64,000 bases of DNA, from NCBI GenBank assembly GCA_002269645.1, contig NIVC01001158.1, positions 28,814 through 92,813 of the forward strand, in the 5' to 3' direction. A program made the position numbers and the translations under genes. The DNA is from Macrostomum lignano. Taxonomy: Eukaryota. The notes under the pieces are model-generated. The model saw nothing but the letters and a program-made list of their open reading frames with translations, made no database searches and had not been told where the DNA came from. Of this stretch, positions 46,315-59,298 are shown piece by piece; the stretch's first letter is position 1, and every line of letters starts with the position of its first letter.

Positions 46315-49300
46315 ATGATCATCATAAATGCTAATATTGTTTATATGATGTTTTCTTCAATTGTTGCATTGACCTCTGGTGAAACACTTCGTCTCACTAT
46401 TGTAAGTTTAAATTTGCAAATTTAGTCTTTACACTTGTGCACTGTGAATCTTGTTGTATAATGTTCTGTTAATATTTCAGTTTCATATTTTGTTAGTGAT
46501 TATTAGTTTGTTTTTTTTAAATATTTTATGAAATTATGAGTGTCCCATCTGTAGACAGCCACTATTATCTAGCTTTTGCTCAAATTCATGTCCACCAAAA
46601 TTTACAAACCTAGTTTTGCTTCTCGTACACTAAAGTACCCAAGAAAAGATCCTAAAGGAAGATGTCATTCAATATTTTTTCTACCTGAAGATACCGCCTA
46701 CCTCTACCTGAAGGTGTCCCTGAAGATATCCCCTACCTGAAGATATCCCCTACCTGAAGATATCCCCTACCTGAAGATATCCCCTACCTGAAGATATCCC
46801 CTTTCTAAAGATATCCCCTTTCTGAAGATGTCCCCTACCTGAAAATATCCCCTACCTGAAAATATCCCCTGCCTGAAGATATCCCCTACCTAAAGATGTC
46901 CCCTACCTGAAGATATCCCCTACCTGAAGATATCCCTACCTGAAGATGTCCCCTTCCTGAAGATGTCCCTTTCTGAAGATATCACTTACCTGGGGATGTC
47001 CCTAAAGACCTTCCGCTAAAAGCAAAGGCTGATGTGCACTCTGAAAACTCTGTCATTTTCAGTCCCCTATATATACCCACCCTCCTACTAAAATGCTGTA
47101 ATGATTACTCGCATTTTAACTGATTTCAAATTGGCGCCCAAAATTTGCATTGGTCAGGCCGACAGAGAGCTTAACGGTACTTTAGTTGGCCTGTGTAACG
47201 CTGAGACAGCAAGGTTTGGCCCAACTGAAGATTTCTATTCTATTACTGTGAGTAGTGCTGTGGTATTTGAAATTTGCTTTCGTATTAAACACTTATTAGA
47301 TGACGAGGCATCAGTGTGTATAAATACTGTCATAGTTACTCTCGCCGTTTACCCTAATTGACCAATGTTATTTTGTTGAAGGGCGTGGTGGTCAACGCTG
47401 CTCCAATTAACGGCTGCGAGCCGCTGCAGCCACCGCCTTATCCGCGCAACGATTCGCTGGTTTGGATCGCCCTTCTAGCCAGAGATTCAGGCGCCAGCGG
47501 CTGCTACTTTGATAGGAAAATTCTCAACGCACAGAAGGCCGGATTTGGAGCTGCTCTCATTTATAACTATGAGAACACTATAAACGCTATGCAGGCCTCT
47601 AGTCGTGAGTTGTTCTTATTCCATTTAATTTAGTTTTATTCGTTGCTATAGAAACTAATATTAATGATGCTTGTGTTGCTAAGCAATTCGAGTCGAGGCT
47701 GTGGGTAAGGAATTATTATTTAGTATTGGTGCGTTCGTTGCTATGGTAAATAGCATCGTAGCTGTTAGTTGCTAGGGCGACTATTTCCAGTGATTTGGTT
47801 TCTAGGGGACTGCTGTCAGTGCTTTGGTTGCTAGAGCGAATATTGCCTGTTTTTTGGTTGCTAGGGAGAATGTTGTCGGTTGGTTGCTAGGGCGAATGTT
47901 GTCGGTTGGCTGCTAGGGAAAGTGTTGTCGGTTGGTTGCTAGGGAGAATGTTGTCGGTTGGTTGCTAGGGCGAGTGTTGTCGGTTGGTTGCTAGGGCGAA
48001 TGTTGTCGGTTGGTTGCTAGGGCGAATGTTGTCGGTTGGTTGCTAGGGAGAATGTTGTCGTTTGGTTGTTATAGAGAGTGTTGTCGGTTGGTTGCTAGGG
48101 CGAATGTTGTTGGTTGGTTGCTAGGGAGAATTGCCAGTGTTTTTGTAGCTCGTAGTGTCAGTGGTTTAGTTGCTAGGGTAAATAGTGTCATTGGTTTGGT
48201 TGTTAGGGGGAAATGTATCGATGCTGTGGTTCCTAAGGAGAAAGAGTGCCAGTGCATTGGTCGCTAATGAGACTGGTATCTCTGTTTGTGTTGCCATGTG
48301 AAGCAGAGCCTCTTGATACGTCTTATTGAATTGCCGAAAAATATTCCAGTTGGCAGCAAAGTGCTCATCCCTGCTGCCATGGTAACGCGCTCCTGTGGCA
48401 CGCTTCTGCAAGAGAAGTTTGTCTACAGTCCAGAGCGGGATTCCCGGTTCAATGTGGCATTTCGCGAGTACTTCAGCTTCGATTTCAACGTCTACGTGAT
48501 CTCCTTTGTGGCTATTATCTGCACCAGCTTCATTCTGTTCGCTCTGCTCTGGGTGAGTCTATTATCTGCACCAGCTTCATTCTGTTCGCTCTGCTCTGGG
48601 TGAGTCTATTATCTGCACCAGCTTCATTCTGTTCGCTCTGCTCTGGGTGAGTCTATTATCTGCACCAGCTTCATTCTGTTCGCTCTGCTCTGGGTGAGTC
48701 TATTATCTGCACCAGCTTCATTCTGTTCGCTCTGCTCTGGGTGAGTCTATTATCTGCACCGGCTTCATTCTGTTCGCTCTGCTCTGGGTGAGTCTACATG
48801 CAAAAATGGCACATTAACAAGAAAAAAATGCAAATTGACAAGCAAAAATGGCACATCAACAAGAAAAAAATGCAAATTGACAAGCAAAAATAGCACATCA
48901 ACAAGAAAAAAATGCAAATTGACAAGCAAAAATGGTTTGAGAGCTTGAGAATTTCGCCTACAAACTTGCAGACTGGCTGGCTTATTCATTATACAACAAT
49001 ATCTACAAGCAAAAAATGGCACATCTGCAAACAAAAGTGGCACATCTACATACATGCGCAAAGTCGGCCGAGTCGGCCGATTCGGCCGACCGATTTGGCG
49101 GCCAACCAAAGAAGTCGCAAAAATGCCCACCCGAAAAAAACACCCCAAGTAGTAGTACTAAGTAGCTGACGAGGCATTTTGGCTTAACAAGACAGTCATA
49201 GTTACTCTTGCCGTTTACCCAAAGTTGCGTTAATTTTGCTCTAGGGTTTTTTACATGTAAGTCACATTTTTGGCCAAAAACTAAGTCGCACGGCCGACCG

Positions 49301-51396
49301 AATTTTGGAGGATGCGCATGTATGCACATCTACAAGCAAAAATGGCACATCTGCACATCTACAAGCAAAAATGGCATATCAGAACCCAAAACTGGCAAAT
49401 TCACAATCAAAATTGACCCACCTTCTGAATTGCTGAATTCCGCTAGGCATTCCGCTGGATTCGCGACCGGCGCATCAGACAGCGAAGCCGTCTGTCTCGG
49501 TCCAGTTTGAAAAAGCTTAAAGTGAAAAAGTTTGATAAGGGTGAGCAGTTTTATTTTTAATATTGGTTCAACAGCTTCATTACTGTTCTCTGTTGTCTGT
49601 AGTTCATTATAATCATTGGCCGAATTCCTATTATAACAACACATTGGCTGGCAGGCACTGATCCCTACGAGTGCTGCGCAATCTGTCTGGAAGACTTTGA
49701 GCCTGGCGACAAGCTCAGAATTCTGCCGTGCAACCATGGTGAGTAACTCGTTTGGATTGAGACATTTGGGACAGTGGGATCTGCGACTTCAGGAGGTTCA
49801 AGATATGAGAGTTAGGGTGAGATATGAGAGTTAGGGAGAGATATGAGATATAGAGTGAGATATGAGACTTCGAGAGAGATATGAGACTTCGAATGAGATA
49901 TGAGACTTCGAGTGAGATATGAGACTTCGAGTGAGAAATGAGACTTCGAGTGAGATATGAGATTAAAGGTGATATATGAGTCTAAGGGTGAGAATATGAG
50001 ACCTAAAAATGGATGATTCGACTTTTTCTCGAGAATCAAGCGCGCGTTAGCCACTATGGCCACCCGCCCGGACACCCGCAGCCTACCACATGAAGTGCAT
50101 CGATCCCTGGCTACTGAAGAATCGCAGCTGCTGCCCAGTCTGCAAGCGTCGCGTTTTCCCGCGTCAACCCGGCGAAGCCGCCGAAGAAGGCGACTCCGAC
50201 GTCGAGTCCGGCGCCGGCGCCAATTCCAATGGCGCCGAGTCGATCGGCGGGACGTCGGGCGCGGGCGCCGTTGGAGCCGCAGCCCCTGTTGCCGCCGTCG
50301 CTGGCGCGGAGACCGGAAACGCCGGAAACGCCGGAAGCAGCGGTGGGCGAGCGGACGGCGAGCGAACGCCACTGCTGTCGTCGTCCAACTCTTCGAGCGT
50401 CGCTAGCGGAGGCAGCTTCGGCGCGGTCGGCTCAAGCGGCGCCCGGGCAGCTTTCGACAATCCGGGTAGGCTGTTAGACTATTGGGTCATTGTCTCCGGT
50501 TTTGGGTCATTGTACTCGGTTTTGGGTCATTGTCCCCGGTTTTGGGTCATTTTCCCAGTTTTTGGGTCATTGTACTCGGTTTTGGGTCATTGTCCCCGGT
50601 TTTGGGTCATTGCCCTCGGTTTAGGGTCATTGTCCCCGGTTTTGGGTCATTGTCCTCGGTTTTGGGTTATTGTCCTCGGTTTTGGGTCATTGGGCCAGCC
50701 TCCTAGAATGTCAGTTACTGGGCCAGCCTCCCAGAGTGTCAGTTGCTGGGCCAGCCTCCCAGAGGGTCGGTTGCTGGGCCAGCCTCCCAGAGTGTCAGTT
50801 GCTGGGCCAGCCTCTCAGAGTGTCAGTTGCTGGGCCAGCCTCCCAGAGTGTCAGTTGCTGGGCCAGCCTCCCAGAGTGTCAGTTGCTGGGCCAGCCTCCC
50901 AGAGTGTCAGTTGCTGGGCCAGCCTCCCAGAGTGTCAGTTGCTGGGCCAGCCTCCCAGAGTGTCAGTTGCTGGGCCAGCCTCTCAGAGTGTCAGTTGCTG
51001 GGCCAGCCTCCCAGAGTGTCAGTTGCTGGGCCAGCCTCCCAGAGTGTCAGTTGCTGGGCCAGCCTCTCAGGCCGTTGCCTTCATGATTTCACAATTATTA
51101 AATCTCACTGATCAGCTCTACACCTGCAAGACGAACTGGCATCGGCTCTGGCTGACACCGCATCCGCGATTCCTGATGATGTGACCCGCTCTGAGCAGCA
51201 ACAGCATAGCAACGGCGGTTCCAGTTTGAGCAGCTGCAGCAGCAGCAGCACCGTTTCAGTCACTTCTCTGACCACCAGCGCTGATGGTCAGGTTGAAGAA
51301 GACGGCCATCATCAACAATCTGTCGAAGTGCTGGCCGAGGTGTGCGTTCATCAACCTGACGAAGCCGGCTCCAAGAATGAGAACCCGCGAGTGTGA
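46315..51396 (+). CDS. RNF13/RNF167-like PA-TM-RING-H2 E3 ubiquitin ligase
   Basis: Exons ~46315-46401 (start uncertain), 47158-47247, 47382-47604 (PA domain: GCEPL...RKILNAQKAGFGAALIYN), 48350-48552 (TM), 49447-49540, 49655-49738 (CAICLEDFEPGDKLRILPCNH), 50082-50465 (AYHMKCIDPWLLKNRSCCPVCK) and 51116-51396; all phases are compatible. Confidence 0.9.
46690..47005. repeat. Intronic 17-bp minisatellite (cccctacctgaagatat)
   Basis: Direct reading. Confidence 0.9.
47855..48135. repeat. Intronic 26-bp minisatellite (ggttgctagggcgaatgttgtcggtt)
   Basis: Direct reading. Confidence 0.85.
48510..48797 (+). repeat. 47-bp tandem repeat containing the exon end and 5' splice site (6 donors)
   Basis: gggtgagtct at 48551, 48598, 48645, 48692, 48739 and 48786. 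Confidence 0.95.
50480..51066. repeat. Two abutting intronic arrays: 20-bp (ttttgggtcattgtccccgg) then 28-bp (gctgggccagcctcccagagtgtcagtt)
   Basis: Direct reading. Confidence 0.9.
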
Positions 51397-53144
51397 TCGG
51401 CTCCTCTGATATATAATAAATAAGAGATGCTATGACTAACTTTCATGCGCACCGTATACTACTGCGGCTAATGTTTCATATTTTCTATTGTTGTTGCTGT
51501 AATTAAGCAGAGTTTGCGTAGATTTTATGTAATAGTATGAGTAATACGAGTTAGTCGAATCTATTTTTGTTATTGATTTTTTTTTCAGAAGCAAACAGAA
51601 TTGTCTTGCTGTTTATTTATAACTCAATAAATCTTTGTAGGACTCTAAGATCTAATGATCCTAAAGTCTTGATAACTGCTAATCCTATGATTAAATAATC
51701 CTATGATCCAAAAATCCCATAATCCAAAAATCCCATGATCAAATAATCTCATGATCAAATAATCCTATGATAAAAAATCCCATGATTCGAAAATCCCATG
51801 ATAAAATATCCCATGATCAAATAATCCCATGATCCAAAAGTCCCACGATAAAAAATCCCATGATCAAATAATCCCATTAACAAAAAGTCTCATAATCATA
51901 TAATCCCATGGTAAAAAATCCCATGATCAAATAATCACATGATTCAAAAATCCCATGTTCACAATGACCCAGGATCCCGTTATCCTAAGATTAAGATGCC
52001 TTTTAATCCCATGACCGAATGATCATGTATGATTCAAAGATTCGACGAAAGGATTTTATTGCATGTGTATAATGCCTTCTCTGATCTCAAGACGAAGACA
52101 GTGTGGCAACCGATTACAATTTGTTTTTTTTTCTTTAACCCTACTCACAGTAGTATCAACAAGTTTTTGTTGAATTTCTCGCCACTTAAATTAACTTACA
52201 TACCATCAGTCAGTGTACACAATTTGTTTATGTTTTTATTACTGCGCTTTCTAAGAAAAACTATTTTAACTCGTAATTAATTCATCAAAACATTCTCTCT
52301 TTTATTGTTTTGTGCGTGCGTTTAAATTTGTTTAATTTTTTTTTTTGTTTATACATCTGCTCCAATTAATTGTCTATAAATTTGTCTTTATTTTTGCTTG
52401 ATCCGCGAGTGTGCTGTTTGAATTGCAATATGTGTAAAAATAATTAGTGCGTCATTGCGTCATTCAATATCAATCTACAAGTAGAGCCATTACTAGAGTT
52501 GTAATATTCTCTATTACAAAAATGATTTCATTTCGTTGTGTCTTAATATTTTCTTGTATTTTTTACATTTTATTTTGCGTTTTTGGTAAGAAGCTTTAAA
52601 AATTTTATTACATACAGTATCTTAAATAGCCAGTTGATTTCAAGTTAGTGGCACAATGATTTTTAAGTTGTCAAGAGAATTTTATGGCTCACGCCATCTT
52701 GATGCAATTCTAATAAAGCAATTATTACTCATATTTCCTAATAAAAAACTGTATTTTATCGAGTTTTGTATTGTGCAGAAGAGCTAGTTAGCTTACATTT
52801 CGGCTGCAAAGTCTCCCACTGTGCCCCATACGCACCATTTCGCTTTAGTTTGGGAGTTTTTCAATTTGTAAAATAACTCAATTATTTTTTGTTAACTGAG
52901 TGCTCGCTTCAACAATTTTATAAGCAAATAAAAGGAAATATTGATTGATTGATTGATTACCTTACTCGGAAAGAATATTCAGATTTTATAAAATTTGTTT
53001 ATTTAAAAAACAACGCTCGATTTGTTATATTTTTGTCTTGCATTTTTTGCTTGATTGTGATTGACCATTAACTGTCATAAAAATTGCTGACGATTTTTTC
53101 CTATAAGTATTGTTCACAGATTTCGAGAGGTCTTCTAAACTTTT

Positions 53145-56100
53145 CTAAGAATCGCACACAGTATGCTATCAGTTTCCCGCAATATTGTAACAATCGCACA
53201 CAATATCCTAAGAATCGCCCATAATATCCTGAGAATCGCCCAAAATATCCTAATAATCGTATAAGATATCCTGAGAATCGCACACAATATCCTGAGAATC
53301 GCCCAAAATATCCTAATAATCGTATAAGATATCCTAAGAATAGCACACAATATCCTGAGAATCGCACACAATATCCTAAGAATCGCACACAATATCCTAA
53401 GAATCGCACACAATATCCTAAGAATCGCACACAATATCCTAAGAATCGCACACAATATCCTAAGAATCGGACACAATATCCTAAGAATCGGACACAATAT
53501 CCTAAGAATCGGACACAATATCCTAAGAATCGGACACAATATCCTAAGAATCGGACACAATATCCTAAGAATCGGACACAATATCCTAAGAATCGCACAC
53601 AATATCATAAGAATCGCACACAATATCCTAAGAATCGGACACAATATCCTAAGAATCGGACACAATATCCTAAGAATCGGACACAATATCCTAAGAATCG
53701 CACACAATATCCTAAGAATCGGACACAATATCCTAAGAATCGCACACAATATCCTAAGAATCGTATAAGATATCCTGAGAATCGCACACAATATCCTGAG
53801 AATCGCCCAAAATATCCTAATAATCGTATAAGATATCCTAAGAATAGCACACAATATCCTGAGAATCGCACAAAATATCCTAAAAATCGCACACAATATC
53901 CTAAGAATCGCACACAATATCCTAAGAATCGCACACAATATCCTAAGAATCGGACACAATATCCTAAGAATCGCACACAATATCCTAAGAATCGGACACA
54001 ATATCCTAAGAATCGGACACAATATCCTAAGAATCGCATACAATATCCTAAGAATCGCACACAATATCCTAAGAATCGGACACAATATCCTAAGAATCGG
54101 ACACAATATCCTAAGAATCGGACACAATATCCTAAGAATCGGACACAATATCCTAAGAATCGCACACAATATCCTAAGAATCGCATACAATATGCTGAGA
54201 ATCGCACACAATATCCTAAGAATCGTCCACAATATGCTGAGAGTTGCACACAATATCCTAAGAATCGCCCACAATATCATAAGAATCGGACACAATATCC
54301 TAAGAATCGGACACAATATCCTAAAAATCGGACACAATATCCTAAAAATCGCACACAATATCCTAAGAATCGCACACAATATCCTAAGAATCGCACATAA
54401 TATCATATGAATCGCACACAATATCCTAAGAATCGGACACAATATCCTAAGAATCGGACACAATATCCTAAGAATCGGACACAATATCCTAAGAATCGCA
54501 CACAATATCCTAAGAATCGCATACAATATGCTGAGAATCGCACACAATATCCTAAGAATCGTCCACAATATGCTGAGAGTTGCACACAATATCCTAAGAA
54601 TCGGACACAATATCCTAAGAATCGGACACAATATCCTAAGAATCGGACACAATATCCTAAAAATCGGACACAATATCCTAAAAATCGCACACAATATCCT
54701 AAGAATCGCACACAATATCCTAAGAATCGCACACAATATCATATGAATCGCACACAATATCCTAAGAATCGCACACAATATCCTAAGAATCGGACACAAT
54801 ATCCTAAGAATCGGACACAATATCCTAAGAATCGCACACAATATCCTAAGAATCGCATACAATATGCTGAGAATCGCACACAATATCCTAAGAATCGTCC
54901 ACAATATGCTGAGAGTTGCACACAATATCCTAAGAATCGGACACAATATCCTAAGAATCGCACACAATATCCTAAGAATCGTATAAGATATCCTGAGAAT
55001 CGCACACAATATCCTGAGAATCGCCCAAAATATCCTAATAATCGTATAAGATATCCTAAGAATAGCACACAATATCCTAAGAATCGCACAAAATATCCTA
55101 AAAATCGCACACAATATCCTAAGAATCGCACACAATATCCTAAGAATCGCACACAATATCCTAAGAATCGGACACAATATCCTAAGAATCGCACACAATA
55201 TCCTAAGAATCGGACACAATATCCTAAGAATCGGACACAATATCCTAAGAATCGCATACAATATCCTAAGAATCGCACACAATATCCTAAGAATCGGACA
55301 CAATATCCTAAGAATCGGACACAATATCCTAAGAATCGAACACAATATCCTAAGAATCGGACACAATATCCTAAGAATCGCACACAATATCCTAAGAATC
55401 GCATACAATATGCTGAGAATCGCACACAATATCCTAAGAATCGTCCACAATATGCTGAGAGTTGCACACAATATCCTAAGAATCGCCCACAATATCATAA
55501 GAATCGGACACAATATCCTAAGAATCGGACACAATATCCTAAAAATCGCACACAATATCCTAAGAATCGCACACAATATCCTAAGAATCGCACATAATAT
55601 CATATGAATCGCACACAATATCCTAAGAATCGGACACAATATCCTAAGAATCGGACACAATATCCTAAGAATCGGACACAATATCCTAAGAATCGCACAC
55701 AATATCCTAAGAATCGCATACAATATGCTGAGAATCGCACACAATATCCTAAGAATCGTCCACAATATGCTGAGAGTTGCACACAATATCCTAAGAATCG
55801 CCCACAATATCATAAGAATCGCACACAATATCCTAAGAATCGCACACAATATCCTAAGAATCGCACACAATATCCTAAGAATCGCACACAATATCCTAAG
55901 AATCGGACACAATATCCTAAGAATCGGACACAATATCCTAAGAATCGGACACAATATCCTAAGAATCGGACACAATATCCTAAGAATCGGACACAATATC
56001 CTAAGAATCGGACACAATATCCTAAGAATCGCACACAATATCATAAGAATCGCACACAATATCCTAAGAATCGCACACAATATCCTAAGAATCGGACACA

Positions 56101-56935
56101 ATATCCTAAGAATCGCACACAATATCATAAGAATCGCACACAATATCCTAAGAATCGCACACAATATCATAAGAATCGCACACAATATCCTAAGAATCGG
56201 ACACAATATCCTAAGAATCAGACACAATATCCTAAGAATCGCACACAATATCATAAGAATCGCACACAATATCCTAAGAATCGCACACAATATCATAAGA
56301 ATCGCACACAATATCCTAAGAATCGCATACAATATCCTAAGAATCGGACACAATATCCTAAAAATCGGACACAATATCCTAAAAATCGGACACAATATCC
56401 TAAGAATCGCACACAATATCCTAAGAATCGCATACAATATCCTAAGAATCGTCCACAATATGCTGAGAGTTGCACACAATATCCTAAGAATCGCCCACAA
56501 TATCATAAGAATCGGACACAATATGCTGAGAGTTGCACACAATATCCTAAGAATCGCCCACAATATCATAAGAATCGGACACAATATGCTGAGAGTTGCA
56601 CACAATATCCTAAGAATCGCACACAATATCCTAAGAATCGGACACAATATCCTAAGAATTGGACACAATATCCTAAGAATCGCATACAATATCCTAAGAA
56701 TCGTCCACAATATGCTGAGAGTTGCACACAATATCCTAAGAATCGCCCACAATATCATAAGAATCGGACACAATATGCTGAGAGTTGCACACAATATCCT
56801 AAGAATCGCCCACAATATCATAAGAATCGGACACAATATCCTAAGAATCGGACACAATATCCTAAGAATCGCACACAATATCCTAAGAATCGCACATAAT
56901 ATCATATGAATCGCACACAATATCCTAAGGATCAC
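53145..56935. repeat. 3.8-kb 21-bp satellite (aatatcctaagaatcgcacac) with higher-order blocks
   Basis: About 180 units; a diagnostic variant block recurs at 53759 and 54977 (1218 bp = 58 units). Confidence 0.95.
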
Positions 56936-58051
56936 ATACAATCTTCTTTAAAAGAATCTCATAATTTCTTGTCTTAGCTAAAGTTTTACTGGTTAGGTAA
57001 TACTTTCCAGACTCGTATATATAAACCTTAGTAGCTTAATTTGCTACTCTATAGCAGCTGGGTGAGCTGGAGACAATCTTTACTCATGGTAGGCTGCCTT
57101 ACAAGATGACTAACCACGGAGAACTCCGATTAACTTGCGGGTGCTTGCAACGAATGCTGTGACCAGTGGAGTTACACAAGATCGCCTACATAAAAAGAGT
57201 ATCATCTTGCATTTTTAATCACGGCCGTGGCTGGAATATCGCAACCCTAATATAGGCTTTGGTGAGGATCGGGCCAAATCATAATTTGAAGATAGCCGGA
57301 AGTGGCCGCCGAGTTGCTGCTGTTTCTGACTCTGCGGGGGTTGGTGGACAGCTAGAGAAGAGGTGGGTTCGTTTCCGCAGTCTCTCTTCTAGTTGAAGTC
57401 AGAGGGAAAGAAAGCCTCGCTCACTTGTTATGAAGAAGATTCTGTCTCTCTCTCCGTTCGCGAAATTGGCTTCGACTCGGCTTAATCCCGCGCCTCACCT
57501 CGGATAATACAGCCCGAGCGAAGGGATCGGCCCGTGAGCGATCCTCTCTCCGCTCTCCTCTCCTGAAATGGATTTTTTTATTTTTATTGAAGACGGCCTC
57601 TCCAGCTTAATTGGGTAGGTCAGCAGAGAGAAGGAGAGAGCGCGCGCCCCTGCGCTAAGGACGGTTATCAATTACCGTCCTATATGCTGCATGCCTTTCT
57701 AAGGACTTCGGCTCAGAGACTTGAGTCCTTATCCTTGCCAATATCTCTAGGCTCAGTGTGAAGAATGCCGGCCAAACCCCTTCATCCTCCCCTGATTTTC
57801 TCTCCGTGTGCGTCTGGGTGTCTGGCCAGTCATAGAGAGAAGCTTTCAAGTTTGCCTGCAGAATGATATATTATGATGGAGAACTGATGTTTTGCATCTT
57901 TGAAGCAGAGCCTGTCGTACGTTCAGTACTTATCTGTTGGCCTCTGTCCCTCATGGCCGGATCAATTAATAAACCTGCGTCTTGGCCGTCCTCCAGAAGC
58001 TTCTCTTAGTCTTAAGTGGGCTAGTTCCAGCTGCTGCAGCCTGCCAGAAAG

Positions 58052-58098
<47 letters not shown>

Positions 58099-59298
58099 CA
58101 CTCTAGTAGCCCTATACTCATTTCTCTTTCCCTACTCCTTGAGTCCCCCCTTCGTCCGCCGCTATAGCTGGATGCTGATTGTCGGTCGAACTGTCATCTG
58201 TCTGTCCGTCTGTCTGTCTTTCTCTCTCTCCTTCCGTTTCTTGCAACTCGTCTGTGTCGCCGTGAGCGAGCGGACTGGCTAGCTACGAGTATATTTATAG
58301 AAATAGTTCGACTCTCATCTTTCGCTTTTCTCTTCGGTAGTGTTTTTTATTTATATAATTCAGCGGTTTTTCTATTAACTTCTGCACGCTCTATCGCATT
58401 ATTGCGTAGCGGAGAGCGGCGCCGCTTGGACAAGCTGGTTTTAAAGCGCGGCTGTTGGGGTTGCTGGCTTTTGTTGGGGGGTTGGCTTTTGGAGCCTCGC
58501 GCTCAGACAGTTCAATGTACGTCTAGGACCAATGTACATTTAAACTAAGTCGTCTAATGCAGGTTTCCCTCTGCTTGTTGGCTCGGTGTTGAGGTTGGTT
58601 GGAGCGCCAATGTACGTTGACGCGGACTGACCAGATAAACTATCATACGAGCGTAGAACTTATCGCATAAGAACTTGAATAACTGCGAGTGAAGCTAATT
58701 GTATTTTACTCGCCAGCAAGGGGCCCACCGCCCAAGGAGGGTGGTCACGACTGGCATGCCATTGGCTGATACTGCGTGTGTAATTCTCTCCCTTCGACTG
58801 CAGATTGAGTGCAGTCTGTGCCAGGGAGTAGTAGTCGCAGACAGCTGAGAGCAGAGGGGGGCAGAGCTCTCTAGACCTCGACCTCGCAGTTGGCCAGCCA
58901 GTCTCACGCAGAGTTTTCTTTCTTTTCTCTCTTCCGAGCTGGCGCGTGTGCCGCCCCTCCCTCTATCTACTCTTCCTCTTTCTCCTGCCTCTCCTTGGCC
59001 CTCTTTCTCTGCCTCTGGCGTCAATTTTTTTTGCTTTTGCTTGGCACTGGCGTGTTGCCTTTTTTTCTAAACAGGCGCGAGCGCTCACGCACCCCAAAAA
59101 GAGAGACACAATAATTCTGGGTGACGAACGAAGAAAACGAGTCGAGGTATAGGTGTCTCCAAAGTCGAAAAAAGTAATTAAGTCACGAAGAAAACGGACT
59201 CGGACTAGTAACGGCGAAAGTAGGATTATAACGCGATCCGGAGTCTCCCCTAAATTCTAGAGCCAGACAGGCGAGGTCTTGCTAATACTTGTTCATCC

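Noticed and set aside
53101-56941. 1268-aa and other long ORFs (RILCAIL, NRTQYPK, LRIAHNI)
   Set aside because: These are translations of a stop-free 21-bp satellite in several frames; no evidence of coding.
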